This document shows positions 50,576 to 63,503 of a DNA stretch of 64,000 nucleotides, one piece after another (position 1 is the first letter of the stretch; each line of letters begins with the position of its first letter). Origin of the DNA: Paraphysomonas bandaiensis (taxonomy: Eukaryota > Protista > Chrysophyceae). Position numbers and translations under genes: made by a program. The notes beneath the pieces are model-generated. The model worked only from the letters and a program-made list of their open reading frames with translations, ran no database searches and had not been told where the DNA came from. The DNA is taken from positions 39,476-103,475 of the forward strand of contig CBFFRP010000034.1 of assembly GCA_965644295.1 (NCBI GenBank), read 5' to 3'.

Positions 50576-51597
50576 GCCTACACTATACGGCCACAGAGTC
50601 TAAAGAAGCCTTTCAATATGCTATGCGGTCAATATCACATCATGTTCGAAGGTTAGTTAATCAACCAAAACTACTACCCAGTATTGACCAGATAAAAGTG
50701 CGATAATAGTGTCTCCTGGCCATTGGTGGCCAACTTTTCTCATACTGGGGTCCTCATACTGATACCACCATCTCAGAACACCCTTATAGTTTTGGTAAGC
50801 TTGAGCACTCACTGCTACTTTATCATTTCCTGGATTATGGCATCAGTCGTAATCTATGCACCATCTTTCTCGTCAAGTTCATCTCCGCTGTCAGCGGAGT
50901 TGTTATTTTCATATCGCTCTCTCCTCTATGCTGCTATGCTTCGGTTGATCTTCATCAAAGAGGGTTTTCGCTATACTTTTTGAAGTATGAAACTTCGAGA
51001 GAGAGATATCTTGGGCATCTCCAGTGTGCTTCATTGTTACATCACCGCTATCTGTTACCAAAGCCTCCCTCCTCATATAGTCGTCTCTATTTCATAACTC
51101 GGTCACTATTTAACATTTTGTAAGGTACTCTTTCTTTCCTCTTAATCTTGAGCAACAAGATTAAGTTCAGCTCGATCCATAGTGTATATGTTCCATAGTG
51201 TATATGTTATGCTCTATACCTTCCAGTTTTAAGATATCTATGCCTCGGCTTTGGCTATCATGCATATATAGAGTACTTCGTACAGACAGCAGGATACTGC
51301 AGACAAAGAATTGAAGTCTGGATAGCAGTATTTACTGGGAATTATTAGGGCTTTTTACTGTTTGAAATTGTCTAAACCAGGGTTATTTATAAAAAATCAT
51401 AAAAACCGGAGGTTTCACATAGCATTTTTCTTTGGATTTTGATTTTTCGGCAAGTTGTTGTTTGTGACTGCTTCGGAACTATATGGGATACGATTCGTAC
51501 GATCGTAGAATCGCTCCAGCCATATGTATCATGTACATATATATCTGCCTCATTATAATCATATCACACCTATCTTAACGGGTATTCACTATACACT

Positions 51598-52876
51598 ATG
51601 GTTGTACTACACTACTATACACTAATCGTATTATATCTTCTTATACTTCCGTCATATTCACTTACCCCTTTTGAACACTTCGAAAATTATAATACCCGTA
51701 CATCTGATTGGATAAAAGGTGGAAAAGAATCTAAAGTAGCCCTACAAGATGCTATGCAATCAATATCATATCTTGTACCATGGTTAGTCCAACAACCAAC
51801 ACTACCACCTGGACTTGACCCTCTGGTATAATATACATACATATACATATATATATACTAACCATATGTATATATAGGCATTTGCTGCTAATATATTAGC
51901 ATTCCATCAAACAAATGATCATATATCATCAGCTTTACCATTATTAAAGTTAGCTCTTCAATCTAAAGTATCTCTTGATGATCAAATGTCTGTATCTATA
52001 GAAGACGCCTGTATGAATGATATTACTATAATGAGACGTACATGTCAAGATTTATATACATTATTAATAGCAAATTATCATCGTGTTGGACGAATAGATG
52101 AAGCACAAAAATATCTTCATGACTATAATTTACCTCGTCCTCAAGCGAGAAGGTTTGTTAGTCCTGAGTGGGTACATAGACAGCTCCCATATATAAGGGC
52201 TCAGCCATGGTGGAACGAAGATACAACTGATTCAGGAATACCGATATTTTTAAATGGTATACGGAGTCGGTATAATGAAATACGTGATGAAGTACTTGCT
52301 GTAACAACTGCGGAAGGGTTTAATGGATGGGGTATGAACCAAGATCTTCGTCTTGCCACCAATCCAGCCTGGGATCCCTTGACATCATGGGATGCTATAC
52401 CCATTCATGCCAATGGCCAATGGGTTGAAGAGACTTGTGAATTCCTACCTCACACCTGTAAAGTGCTAAAATCGTTTTCCAGTGAGCTGGATATGCTTTT
52501 CAATCGCAGTGCGTACAACGATCTCGTTGGAATGGAGAGATTGGCTCAAGATTATACGGAGGTCCCTACACTGGGTATAAAGCTTTATCGAGTGTGGAAT
52601 AATGCTGGGATCAAGCCACACACTGGTAGTCCAGGTAGGCTTGTGCACAGCTTGACCCTTCAAGGTCCGAGAGACCCGTCAAGTACACTCACTGTTGCTG
52701 GTATAACTAAAGAGTGGGTAGAGGGAGAGTTCTTGAGCTTTGATGATAGTTTCTATCATTCTGTTGATAACCCACACCTTTCAACTCAGCGTATTGTGCT
52801 TGCATTTGTGACAATGCATCCTGACCTCATACACTCACCCGTAATGGAAATGGAGGAAGCTACTATTGGTGTGTAG
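51598..52876 (+). CDS. Aspartyl/asparaginyl beta-hydroxylase (AspH) domain protein with signal peptide, 2 exons
   Basis: RAQPWW, CEFLPHTCKVL, IKPHTGSP, WVEGEFLSFDDSFYHSV, RIVLAFVTMHPDL; signal-like N-terminus; intron ~51826-51877. Confidence 0.88.
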
Positions 52877-53331
52877 TACATAGTACGTAATGTTAGGATA
52901 AAATTAATACAAAGAAATAAGAATTGAATTGAACGTGCTAACCTTTTATCTTCCTAAACTAAGTGAGATGCGGTGTACAACTTTCCTTTACAATACAGCT
53001 ATTCATCACTACTCTCTTACTTGGTAACCTGCACGCTACATTGACCTTTATCGTTGTTAGGAAGATACACATACAGTAAACAGCATATTGTTAACGAAAC
53101 CAGAATTAATTAATGTCCATAGCTTTAATATTAAATAGTGAGCGACCAAACTACAACATTAAGCGCAAAGTGAAGTTCAACTTCGACATTTTATTAAATA
53201 TAATACTGATCATATTTTTCAAATGACGAACTAATAATTAGCTAACTTAAAGAAACATATCCCTCCCAACTACATAACACATCTAATTCAACTACCCAGC
53301 AAGAGCTTGTCCATTGTTGCCGAGGGATATA

Positions 53332-55408
53332 TTATACAGACCACAATTCCTGTTTATATGTTTTGTTCTTCTGCATATTTTTGAGGAAAGTAGAAGCATC
53401 ATCAGTGCTCATTCCTAGAACCACATATAAATTAGAACACATAGTACCACAGAAAAAACAACATACCTTTCTGCTTAGAAAGTATGTCTGTGAGAGCCTC
53501 ATGAACAGAGTGTCCCATACCAGTACCACCACACACAAACACATGAGCTCCACCATCCACAATGAGATTCGCCAACTCCGAGGCATTCTCTTCCTCTGCC
53601 ATAAGATTCTGAACATACACTTTCTTTTTCTGCTCACGAGAGAAAGCCAATTTAAGAGAAGTGAGCTGGCCATTCTCAGCGGCAGCCATTAGTTCCTCTT
53701 GGTACAAGAAATCAAGCTTGCGAGACTTGCACCCGAAATAAAGAATATTGGTGACATCGGCGACTGATACCCCTTGCTGGTCCGCCTGAAACTTTCTCTC
53801 CTGGAGAAGGGCGCGCATAGGGGCAATACCAGACCCCGGACCAACCATGATAATAGGAGTGGAGACACTTGGGGGAAGACGAAAGAGAGATTCCCTCGTG
53901 AACACACGACATCTTCCCTTTCCAGGGACAAGGCCATGGAGAAACGAAGAGCACAGGCCTTTGACAAGAGCCCCAGATGGGGCTGTGCGCTCTGTAACGC
54001 TGACTGTAAGATGAACGCTAGAGGGGTAGCAGGAGCTGGATGAGGCAATGGTGTAGTATCGTGGCTGAATATTAGGCACAATGTGGAGGAGGTCCTCTAG
54101 AGGGATACGACAGGATGACAACTCCTTAGAGAGAAGAGAAGCATAAGTACGGCCCTCATCTTCAATCTGGCGCGTAAAGGTGTCTTTGGATTCCTTTGAC
54201 ACGATATCTACCAACCAGGCTTTTTGCTTTTCGTCCGTCACGTAAGCAGCCAATTGTTCAATAACACTCCTGCGGGGTATACTGTCAATATCCAAAAACC
54301 GAGTAAATATCTCCCTCGTAGTGCATGGAGTGGGAAAGGGGTGCTTAAAATTTGGGACGGCAGAAGGATCCACATCCTCAACATCGGCGTCCGGAAAAAC
54401 AGGCTCAATATCAATATACTGATCAAGATCAAATCCACCGCAGCACTTGGAAAATGCTTCTACGACCTCCACAGAGTTATCAGGAATAACGGCAAGATTA
54501 TCTGCCGTGTAGTAGCTGACTCCCGTACCTGAAATATCTAATTCCATATGTACAGTATGCCCCCCGTCAGCGGGTGTGCGCATTTCACGGTTACACGTCA
54601 CAGTGGCCTCCGGAGAAGTGAAGAAATGCTTCGTTGAGGAGTTAATGAGTTGGGCTGATGGAATTACTGCAGGTGAAGGTGCGCACGGTGCACAACGGAA
54701 TGTAAGAACAGCTTTAGTGGAGTGTGTATCCTCAACTTTCTCGGCAGATGGATGATACTTCTGTACCAAAGCAGGAACAACCTGTCCTTTCCAAGATTCG
54801 AAGTCATCCTCAAGAGTTGCATCGTCATCACCCTCCATGTACTGAAATACACGTCGAGCACCAAGTTTTTCCAATCCCTCATTCATAAGACGACCCATTC
54901 TATTGTAATTTTCATATTGAGAATTACCTAACCCAAACACACAGAAATCGACATTGGACAAAAAGCCATCTTCAATACTGCCATCTTCGTTCTTCATCCA
55001 TTCAAAAAATTTGGCTGCATTATCAGTTGGATCTCCTTCACCATATGTTGCAATTAAAAATACAGCAAGACGACATGATTGTAATTGTTCTGGTTCATAG
55101 TCTTCTAAATCAATCAATTTCGCATCAAATCCACTCTTATGTGCATCTGACATAATAACACGAGCAAACCCCTCTGCTGTCCCAGTTTGTGATCCAAAAT
55201 AAATACTCATTTTACCAGCAGGATATTTTTCTTCTAAATTAGAATATGATCTTCCTCGATTTGAATCATTTGATACATCTGAGTTTGTTTTATTAGTTGT
55301 AATACTCTTCGATGTATTGGATGATATTTTATAGTATAGTACTGATCCAATAACTACTACAAGAGTAGATATGCCAATAACAACTTCAGATGAGAATGTA
55401 AAGCTCAT
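53332..55408 (-). CDS. CPR: NADPH-cytochrome P450 reductase
   Basis: N-terminal TM anchor from MSFTFSSEV; GSQTGTAEGFA, ATYGEGDPTDNA, FGLGNSQYENYN (FMN); QPRYYTIASS (FAD); MVGPGSGIAPMR, LYFGC, AFSRE..KVYVQ, YKQELWSV (NADPH). One short intron near the 3' end. Confidence 0.95.
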
Positions 55409-55976
55409 TTTATTATGTAACATTAATTGTGTGACAATAGGATGGAATGGAAGTTTGATAGAATGAGATGAGAGGATGGTTTGTAGTCGATGGATTGGAG
55501 GAGTTGAGTGGGAGGGATGGATGTGTATGTATGTATATATGTGTATGTAGAGGAGTAGTGTGGTGTATGTAGGAGGAGTATACAGCAGCAGGTGTACATC
55601 CACCAGTCATAGTGGATAGATGAATGGTGTGGGAAAGAGGTAGAAAGAAAAGAACGGGTAGTTGAAGTGGACGATTGGTAGTCTGTAGAAACGGATGGTA
55701 GAAAACTTTTATAAACGGGTAGTTAGAAGGACGGGGGATTAGCCCGTATAAACGGATGGTGGGAGAATGTTCATAATACGTTGATATACTGTGAAAATAC
55801 AATATGGAGAATACAATATAGAAAGCACTGTAGTATACAACTGTAGTTTCACTGTATTACAGTATCAGCATATTAGAATTATTTTCTTATAGAATGGCTC
55901 TGTATAAGCAGGCATGCATGCAACTCTATTCCCATAGGACTCCTATTGCAATGATATACCTTCTGTAACTCTACTA

Positions 55977-58102
55977 ATGTTCTCAACTTATTTATCTCAT
56001 CGAGTTGTATTGCATCATTGCAACAGACGACTTCGAAGAAGTTCATTCGTGCATCATGCAGCTACTGTATCTCTATACGACAAATCCTATAGCACTAAAC
56101 TAGATAAAGAAAAAGAAAAAGAATCGCGTGTGAAAATCGTAAAGGAACTAATTACACATATATGGCCATCCAATCATCCTAATGAAGCTGATATTAAGCT
56201 CAGAGTGTTGGGGTCGTTGGGATTATTGTTCTCATCTAAACTTGTAACGATATCAGTGCCATTTATATTTAAAGAACTCATTGATGTCTACAGTGCCATT
56301 CCGACTGATCCAGCAACCACTGCACAAACTCTTCCTATTGCGCTTGTTTTAGGGTATGGAATTGCTCGAAGTACAGCTGTTGGATTTCAGGAGTTGAGAA
56401 ACACAATATTCGCAACAGTCGCCAATGAAGCCATTCGCAATGTTGGTCGAGATGTTTTCAGACACCTCCATAACCTTGATATGAGGTTTCATACAAGTAG
56501 AAACACTGGTACTTTATTTCGGGTTATTGATCGTGGTTCAAGGTCAATCAACTTCGCCCTAACTTCTATTTTGTTCAACGTGGTTCCGACATCCTTTGAA
56601 GTAGGTCTTGTGAGCAGCCTGTTAGTGTATAATCTGGGATGGGAATATGCAGTAGTGGCTGTATCGACGATAGGTGCCTACACAGCCTTTACAGTGCAAG
56701 TTTCAGACTGGCGTATACAGGTCCGCAAAGCTATGAATTCACAGGAGAATCGGGCAAGTGGGAAAGCTATGGATTCATTGCTCAATTATGAAACTGTGAA
56801 GTTATTCAATAATGTTGATCACGAAGTAGCACGCTACGACTCATCTCTTGCTGCATTTCAGAAAGCGTCTGTACTAACACAGTCGTCACTTAGCTTCCTC
56901 AATTTTGGCCAGAATGCCATATTTTCATGTGGACTCACCGCAATGATGTATCTCTGCGTCGACAGTATTGCAGCCGGGACCGCAACAGTAGGTGATTTAG
57001 TTCTCGTAAATGGCCTACTATTTCAACTTTCGATCCCATTAAATTTTATCGGTATGGTATATCGTGAGCTTCGTCAGTCCATGGTTGATATGGATGCGCT
57101 ATTTAAGTTGCGGGATATATCAGCGGAAGTAAAAGATGCCCCCAATGCAACCGCATTGCAGCTTCGGGGTGGAACCATCACCTTTAAAGATGTACACTTT
57201 TCTTATCGGGAACCATCGACGAGTGGGGGTGATAATAAAGGAGAGGGTGGAATTGAAGAAGTGCAAGGCTCTTCTAACTCTCCGGACGACAGTCAATCGA
57301 CAGTCAGTAATGTGAGTGGTAATGGACGAAAGATTCTCGATGGGTTGAGCTTTACTATTCCAGCTGGTAAGACTGTAGCAATTGTAGGATCATCTGGATC
57401 GGGGAAAAGTACGATATTGCGTCTTCTTTACCGTTTTTATGATGCCGACAGTGGGAGCGTATCGATCGATGGACAGGTAGGACGACATAGCTTCTGACGA
57501 CATAACCTGCATGATCTGTGTGTGATATAATTCCTAATAGCATTGTACTAATAATCGTTGTACTGACTGAATAGGACTTACGCTCGGTTACAATGGAGTC
57601 TCTGAGACATGCCATTGGCGTGGTACCACAAGAAACGATTCTTTTTAACGATACGCTTGGCTATAACATATCGTACGGTAACTTCTCAGCATCTACTGAG
57701 GAAGTGAATAATGTGATCAAAAAAGCGAAGCTTGACTCGGTTGTTAACAACGTCTCAAATGGTTTGAATACTGTTGTGGGAGAGCGTGGTATGAAGCTGT
57801 CAGGTGGTGAGAAGCAGAGGGTAGCTATTGCTCGCGCGATGCTGAAGGACGCTCCTATACTCCTGTGTGATGAACCCACATCATCACTTGACACAGCAAC
57901 TGAATATGATATAATGAGTCAGTTGAAATCGCTTGGTGAAGATCGAACCACAGTTATAGTGGCCCATAGATTGTCCACTGTTCAAGATGCCGATATTATA
58001 ATTGTATTGGATAAGGGGAAACTAGTGCAGCAAGGTACGCACTATGAGCTGCTGAGATCTGGAGGGAAATATGCGGAACTAATTAATCAGTTACCACGAT
58101 AG
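55977..58102 (+). CDS. ATM1: Mitochondrial ABC half-transporter ATM1/ABCB7
   Basis: Presequence-like N-terminus; [17 protein letters not shown]...[34 protein letters not shown]; Walker [10 protein letters not shown]; [13 protein letters not shown]; DEPTSSLD; IVAHRLST; intron 57477-57573. Confidence 0.95.
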
Positions 58103-58254
58103 ATACTAGTAATCGTGATATAATATTTTGGTTGATATCGAAATAATTGAATTTAGATAGTGATATTAATTAAGTGTCCTCTCCTCATGAGTATATCATT
58201 TATGGTCACATCATATATAATATATAGATGACATGGTAACTGCTCGCAGCAGGG

Positions 58255-58445
58255 AATGTCTGATTATTGACAATAGGCATGTAAGAGTCAGAACTAATGT
58301 AGCATTGCAATTTAACTAACTAGTGCGTAACTCTGATATCCCACACTTTAACGCTACGAAAGCTGCTTGTGCGCCACCGCATGCATCAAGGTGCAATCAC
58401 TACCGCTCTATCACTCAAAGCAAACGCAGTAAGCAAGCAACATGC
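58255..58445 (-). repeat. Dispersed repeat family A copy
   Basis: Reverse complement matches 34280-34460, including the terminal CCTATTG.CAATAATCAGAC. Confidence 0.8.
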
Positions 58446-58939
58446 TGTGGTAAAGCGAGTTCGCTGGTGAATACACATGCTCGCTTCCGCTGCCTGCTAC
58501 CATAAATATGTCGCTTTTTAACAACTTCTCAGTGTGTCAAAATATGGTATTTTTTATCATTACTTGACAATTTATAAGGAACATTAGACGGTCGAATAGT
58601 TTGAAATCGAATTATAATTTTGATATTGTATGAAAATTGGCGGATATAACGATTATTTTATTGGAATCTTGCTTATTTACATTGGCATGCTCTTAAATAT
58701 CATAAACTGTACGAGGAGTACAGCATACGTTTAACAGTTTGGAGTTTATAATTTGGTGAATAGCTTGACAGATACAGTACGAATTCTAATAATATAGAAC
58801 ATGAATAGCGTTTTTATCAGGTAAGTATCAGAATTGTTCGATATTATAATAATAGATGAGTCATGTGATTATGAAGAGTAATTTATGATTAATTAAATAT
58901 ATTCTTAAAGACACACAAGCATGAACAATATTATATATC

Positions 58940-59048
58940 AATATGTTGCGAGGCTATATTTGTTAAATTAATAGTAAATATCGTGTAGCCAGCAAAAATA
59001 AATAATTGCGATATATATTGCAATCCAAAATATTTCTACCTGGTCCTG
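58940..59048. mobile_element. hAT-like MITE end, same family as 1-130
   Basis: Shared TAGCCAGCAAAAATAAATAAT...TTGCAATCCAA...TACCTGGTCCTG. Confidence 0.55.
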
Positions 59049-59266
59049 GGAACTACAGGGGCAATATATTCCCGATTCTATCTAGCGCATGTACTATTTA
59101 TCGTTTTCCACCCGCTTATGCCACATCATTATGCAACTCGGAGAGTGTAGTTCAAGCGTTAACATCACCCCTATAGGTCCAGCACGATTACAGATCCCTT
59201 AAAACATTAAATTACGAAAAGACACATATACACTACATGGAAAGTTTTATCAGCTAAACTATTCGC

Positions 59267-62200
59267 CTATGATTCCTTTTTTATCCCTAACACCATTTCT
59301 ACATCGCTATGGGTGGGTGCTTCGGGTGGAGGCCACGGAAGCATGGACATTTTGATCAGCATTTTAGCTTTTTCTTCAATTGATTTTGAGCTTTCGACTT
59401 GATTCAATACCAGTCGTTGCTGCTCGATCAATATCACAACTAAGCTTTTCTCCAAATCTACCAATTCTGACTCCTTTTCATCCTTCGTAATCACCAATCG
59501 GCCAATCCTTTCATCCATATCTGCAATCTGACTGCGCTTTTGCTCAATTAAATCAAGCATTCGCTCAAGCTCGGTGTCAAAGCGTTTCTTTTTCCGAGCA
59601 TGAGCAACATTGATTCTTCCATTCTGCATAACGCTCGAAGCTCTATTGTGCTCTCTGATTTGATCTTCCATATCTTTCACCTGTTCCTCTAGCTCCTGCG
59701 TTTCGTCCTCTATAGCATCCCTTTGCTCTTCCATCATGTCCTTCTCCTCTGCCATGCGCGACACTTCTTTCTCCAAGAGTTTAATAGCTGTCCGTTTTTC
59801 TATTAATTCATCTGACTTGTACGACGAAAGAGTGGAGTTCAACATCTGTCGAGTTTTTTCACTGTCAATAATTAGAGCAGACAGCTTAAACCCAATCATG
59901 ATGAGGTCTTGTAGCTTCTCTTTCGACTCCGCTTGGGCGTGGGCTAATGTCGACTCTGCGTCTTTCGTTTGCTTAGTCAATTCTTTGCGGAACAACTGCT
60001 GCATATTTACAGCACGGGTGGCAGTTTTCCACAGCATCAAGGAGTGAGTCTTTTGAAGCTTTGTGAATGCTTGCTGGGAGTCATACAATGAATCCTCAGT
60101 ATTCTCAAGCTTTGTGGTCGCTGACTCAAGCTCATCTGACAATGCAACTTTCTCTTTCCTCAAATCTGACATTGCGGACTCCAAATTAGATATCAGACGG
60201 TCATTTTCCTCCTGCATTTCAGACATTTGGACATCCAACTGCTGGTTTACTTGGTCACGTTCGTGAGCAATACGCCTCCTGGTTTCTTCTTCCCACTCAG
60301 CTCTTGCTTTCGTCAATATTTCCTCCTTCTCTTCTTCAAAATCATCAGTGAGTTCCTTTCTTAGCTTCTTCTGATTCGCTAAGAATTGATCCTTTCCTCG
60401 TTGAATTTCTTGCTCTAATTTTTGAACAATTTCATTACATGATATTTCCTTTTGTTGAAGACGAATTTCAAGAGTATCTATTTGTGTCTGTAAATGCCTT
60501 CGGTCTTCTGCCTGAGAATGAGTCATTCGTGACATATCAGCCTTCATTCTCTCCAGTCTGGCCTCTTCTCTGGAGAGCTTTTCTTGCCAATGAACTCTTA
60601 CTTCTTCTTGTGCTTCGGCAACAATACCTGCAATTTTAAGCTGCATTCCATCATCGATTTCTTTTTTGACCCTCTCCTCTGTCTCTTTGATGACCTTTTT
60701 GGTATCTAGGTCGTGCTCATCCTTCAATTTATCGATTTTCTCCATATATTCGCGCCTCAATGAGTCCATTGCTTCACGATTTCGATCCTCAGCGACCAAT
60801 ATTTTTCGGGCATTATCATCAGTTGCTACTTGCATTTCATTCCGTAGTTTCTGTTCACATTCGGCAAACCCTTTAACTCGTGCCTGCTGTACCTCAAGTG
60901 CATATCGCTTCTCTGCTTCTTTCAAAACCTGCTGCCATTTCGACGTTTCAAGTTTCACTGCTTTCGCTTTCAACTCGGAGGCCTGAAGGTTCGCTTCATC
61001 AACACGAGCGCAAGCCTTGGCTTCAGCTTCCTGGTCTTTTGCTTTCATTTTCTCGGCCAGCTCCTCCTCCCAAAGCTCCCGCATGAGACGTATACGTTCT
61101 TCCGATGCTATGTGTGCATCCTGTCTGGCTTCACTTAATAGTCGCTCCGTCTCAGCTTCGCAATCTGCAATAGCTTGCTTTTTATCATCTTCTAGCCTGG
61201 CTTCTAGCCTTGACATTTCAAGGGCAAGTTCTCGTCGGATATCTGCTTCTTTCTTGCTAAAATCTATATGAAGAAGTTTGATCTCTTCATTTTTCTTGCT
61301 TTCTAGAGACTCTCTCAATGAATTCATTTCAGCCACATGACGTTGCTCAATCGATTGAATTTTATCGAAATGGTTATCTTCGAGCTCTGTTTTCTCTTGT
61401 TCGAACTTGGCAGTAAGATCTCTCGTTGTAGAGTCAATAACATCGAGTTTTTCTCGGTAGGCCTGATCCTGCAACATTCCTGTCTGTCTGGACATCTCAT
61501 CTTTAAATTTAGTTTTCAACTCCTGTACTTGCTGTTGATGCTGCTCAACAAGATCATTCATATCCTTCTTATGCGCATGTTGCAGCTCTTCCATACTCTC
61601 TTGCCACTCTATCTCTTTGTCCGCCAATGCTTGACGTTCATGTTCCTCATGACGCACTCGTTCTTCTTCAATTAGTTGTTCGTAATGCTCAACTGTGTCC
61701 GCAACTTCCTTCTTAGCCGCGTTCTTAGTTTCCTCTAATTCTTAGCGAAATTTAATCTCACAGTCAGTTTGAGTGACATGGATTATATAATCCTTATCTT
61801 TCGAATGCTCCTCATCCTTACGCTTGAGTACTTCTTTCATTTTCTTACGGAACTGAGACGCAGCGTAAACTAGACTAGCATTTTTAGTCCACAACCTAAA
61901 ATAGTGTCCAAGATTATTATTGTGCCACCTAACCAGAGAGCTATATAGGCGAATAGCTTCAACCTTGCGACTAAACCCATGTTTTTCTTCCTGGATTTCC
62001 CGTTTAAGAACAATACTTTGCTTCTGCACGGTTGAAGTTTCAAGGAATTGCCTGCTAAGTTCTTCACGAAGACCTTTAATTGTTTCGGACTTCGATTCCT
62101 CCATTTCACGCATTGACGTAGTAACAGCATCCAACTGATCCCTATACATTTTCGTATTCCGTTGTTCTTCTTCCTTTAGCGCTGCTATCTCTTCTCTCGT

Positions 62201-63503
62201 TGATTCTAACTCCTCATTTAGTCGTTTAATAACAGCCTTTGCATTCTCCAGAGAGGTCTGTTCTGATCGAAGCTGTTCACGCATTTTGACGAATCCTTCC
62301 TTCATGTCTTCAAGTTGAGACTTCGCTCTTTCGCTCTCAGATTTCAAAACTGTTACCCTTTGGTTCAACCGTTGTTCAATTTGCACAGCCTCTGCTTCCG
62401 ATTGCCGCTTCGCTTCCTTCAAAACTTCTACGTCCTCGGTCCACTGTCGTTGAATATCTGATAACTGCTTCTGACAGTGTGTGAGAGTATTTTGAAGTTC
62501 ATTTTTCAGTGTAATTTCACTGGAAAGTTGACTCTTTAAATATTGCCTTTCATTATCCAATCGACGCATCATAGACTCTTGAGAGTGCTTGCTGACTGCG
62601 TTATCAGTACCTGTGTTACCGTCGTTTTGCTCCTGTAAGTCACTTATCTGTTTCCGAAGCTGCTCTATTTCAGTTCGCATCATGGTCGCATGAGCTTGGG
62701 CTTTGGCGGCGGAGTTTTTGGCCAGTTCTTCACGCTGCTTTGCCGCCTCACTGTCCTGAAATGCCTCCTGCATCTGACCTTGTATTGCGGCGAATTTAGC
62801 TTGTAAAGTGCTAAGTTCGTTCATGCGCAATTCGTATCTCTGTTCTACTCGCTGTTCAGCTGCCTCCACATCTGCAACTCTTTGTCTCTCTGCTTCAGCC
62901 ATTCGGTTTCTGAAATCATTCTTCATATGCTCTGCCTTCTCCTTAGCAGCCTCCAGGACTGATTTCATCTCTTCAACAGATGAAAGCTCAGCGGCAAGTT
63001 GTGATTTCAAAAATTCCACTTGGTTGCTCAGCTGGCGGACCCTGGCTTCTGCGCGAGCTTCGCTCAATTTAATCGCAGTGTCCGCATCGACACCAATCCC
63101 GATATTTTGAGAACTTTCCAGCTTATAGCTAGTTGCGACAGCACTTTGCATACTCTTTAAATCAGCTCTCAAACGTTGCTGGCCATTCAGTGCCTCCACC
63201 CTGGCCTGCTCCAGTTGGCTATTATGTTCTGTAAGAGATGTACACTTTGTAGCCAACCCCTCAACTTCATCATTTAGCTTTAGGTTTTTATCTTCGAGAA
63301 TACCTATTGTATTCTTCAATCTCTGCACCATCTCGTTATGCGCCTTTTCTGATGTTAATAGTTTCACAGAAAATTCGGTCTGCATCATCTTTCTGTCTGA
63401 TATAATTTTCTCACTCAAGTTCTTGTTTTCTGTCCGCAATATTTCCATTTGGTCCAGCAAAGCTTTTGTACCACGTGCAAGCAAAGGCCCTCCATGGATG
63501 GGA
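59267..63503 (-). CDS. Very long coiled-coil protein (>1350 aa); 5' exons not identified; one in-frame TAA at 61742-61744
   Basis: Two E/K/Q-rich heptad ORFs in the same frame separated by a single TAA; acceptor CAG just upstream of 63503. Confidence 0.75.

Noticed and set aside
53332-55408. NDOR1/Tah18 paired with ATM1 as an Fe-S assembly pair
   Set aside because: The N-terminal membrane anchor and the ATYGEGDPTDNA/FGLGN motifs indicate CPR rather than NDOR1.
55409-55603. N-terminal extension of CPR shown in the ORF track
   Set aside because: Low-complexity promoter/UTR sequence; the ATG at 55408 directly precedes the typical TM anchor.
51598-58102. Biosynthetic cluster (hydroxylase + P450 reductase + ABC transporter)
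   Set aside because: Products are recognisable general-function proteins of different compartments (secretory, ER, mitochondrion); no scaffold-forming enzyme or P450 is present.
61742-61744. Alternative genetic code (TAA=Gln)
   Set aside because: Conserved genes end at TAA (ZPR1, CPR), TAG (ATM1, PLD, TPR) and TGA (GSK3, G-patch), and no other conserved exon examined has in-frame stops.
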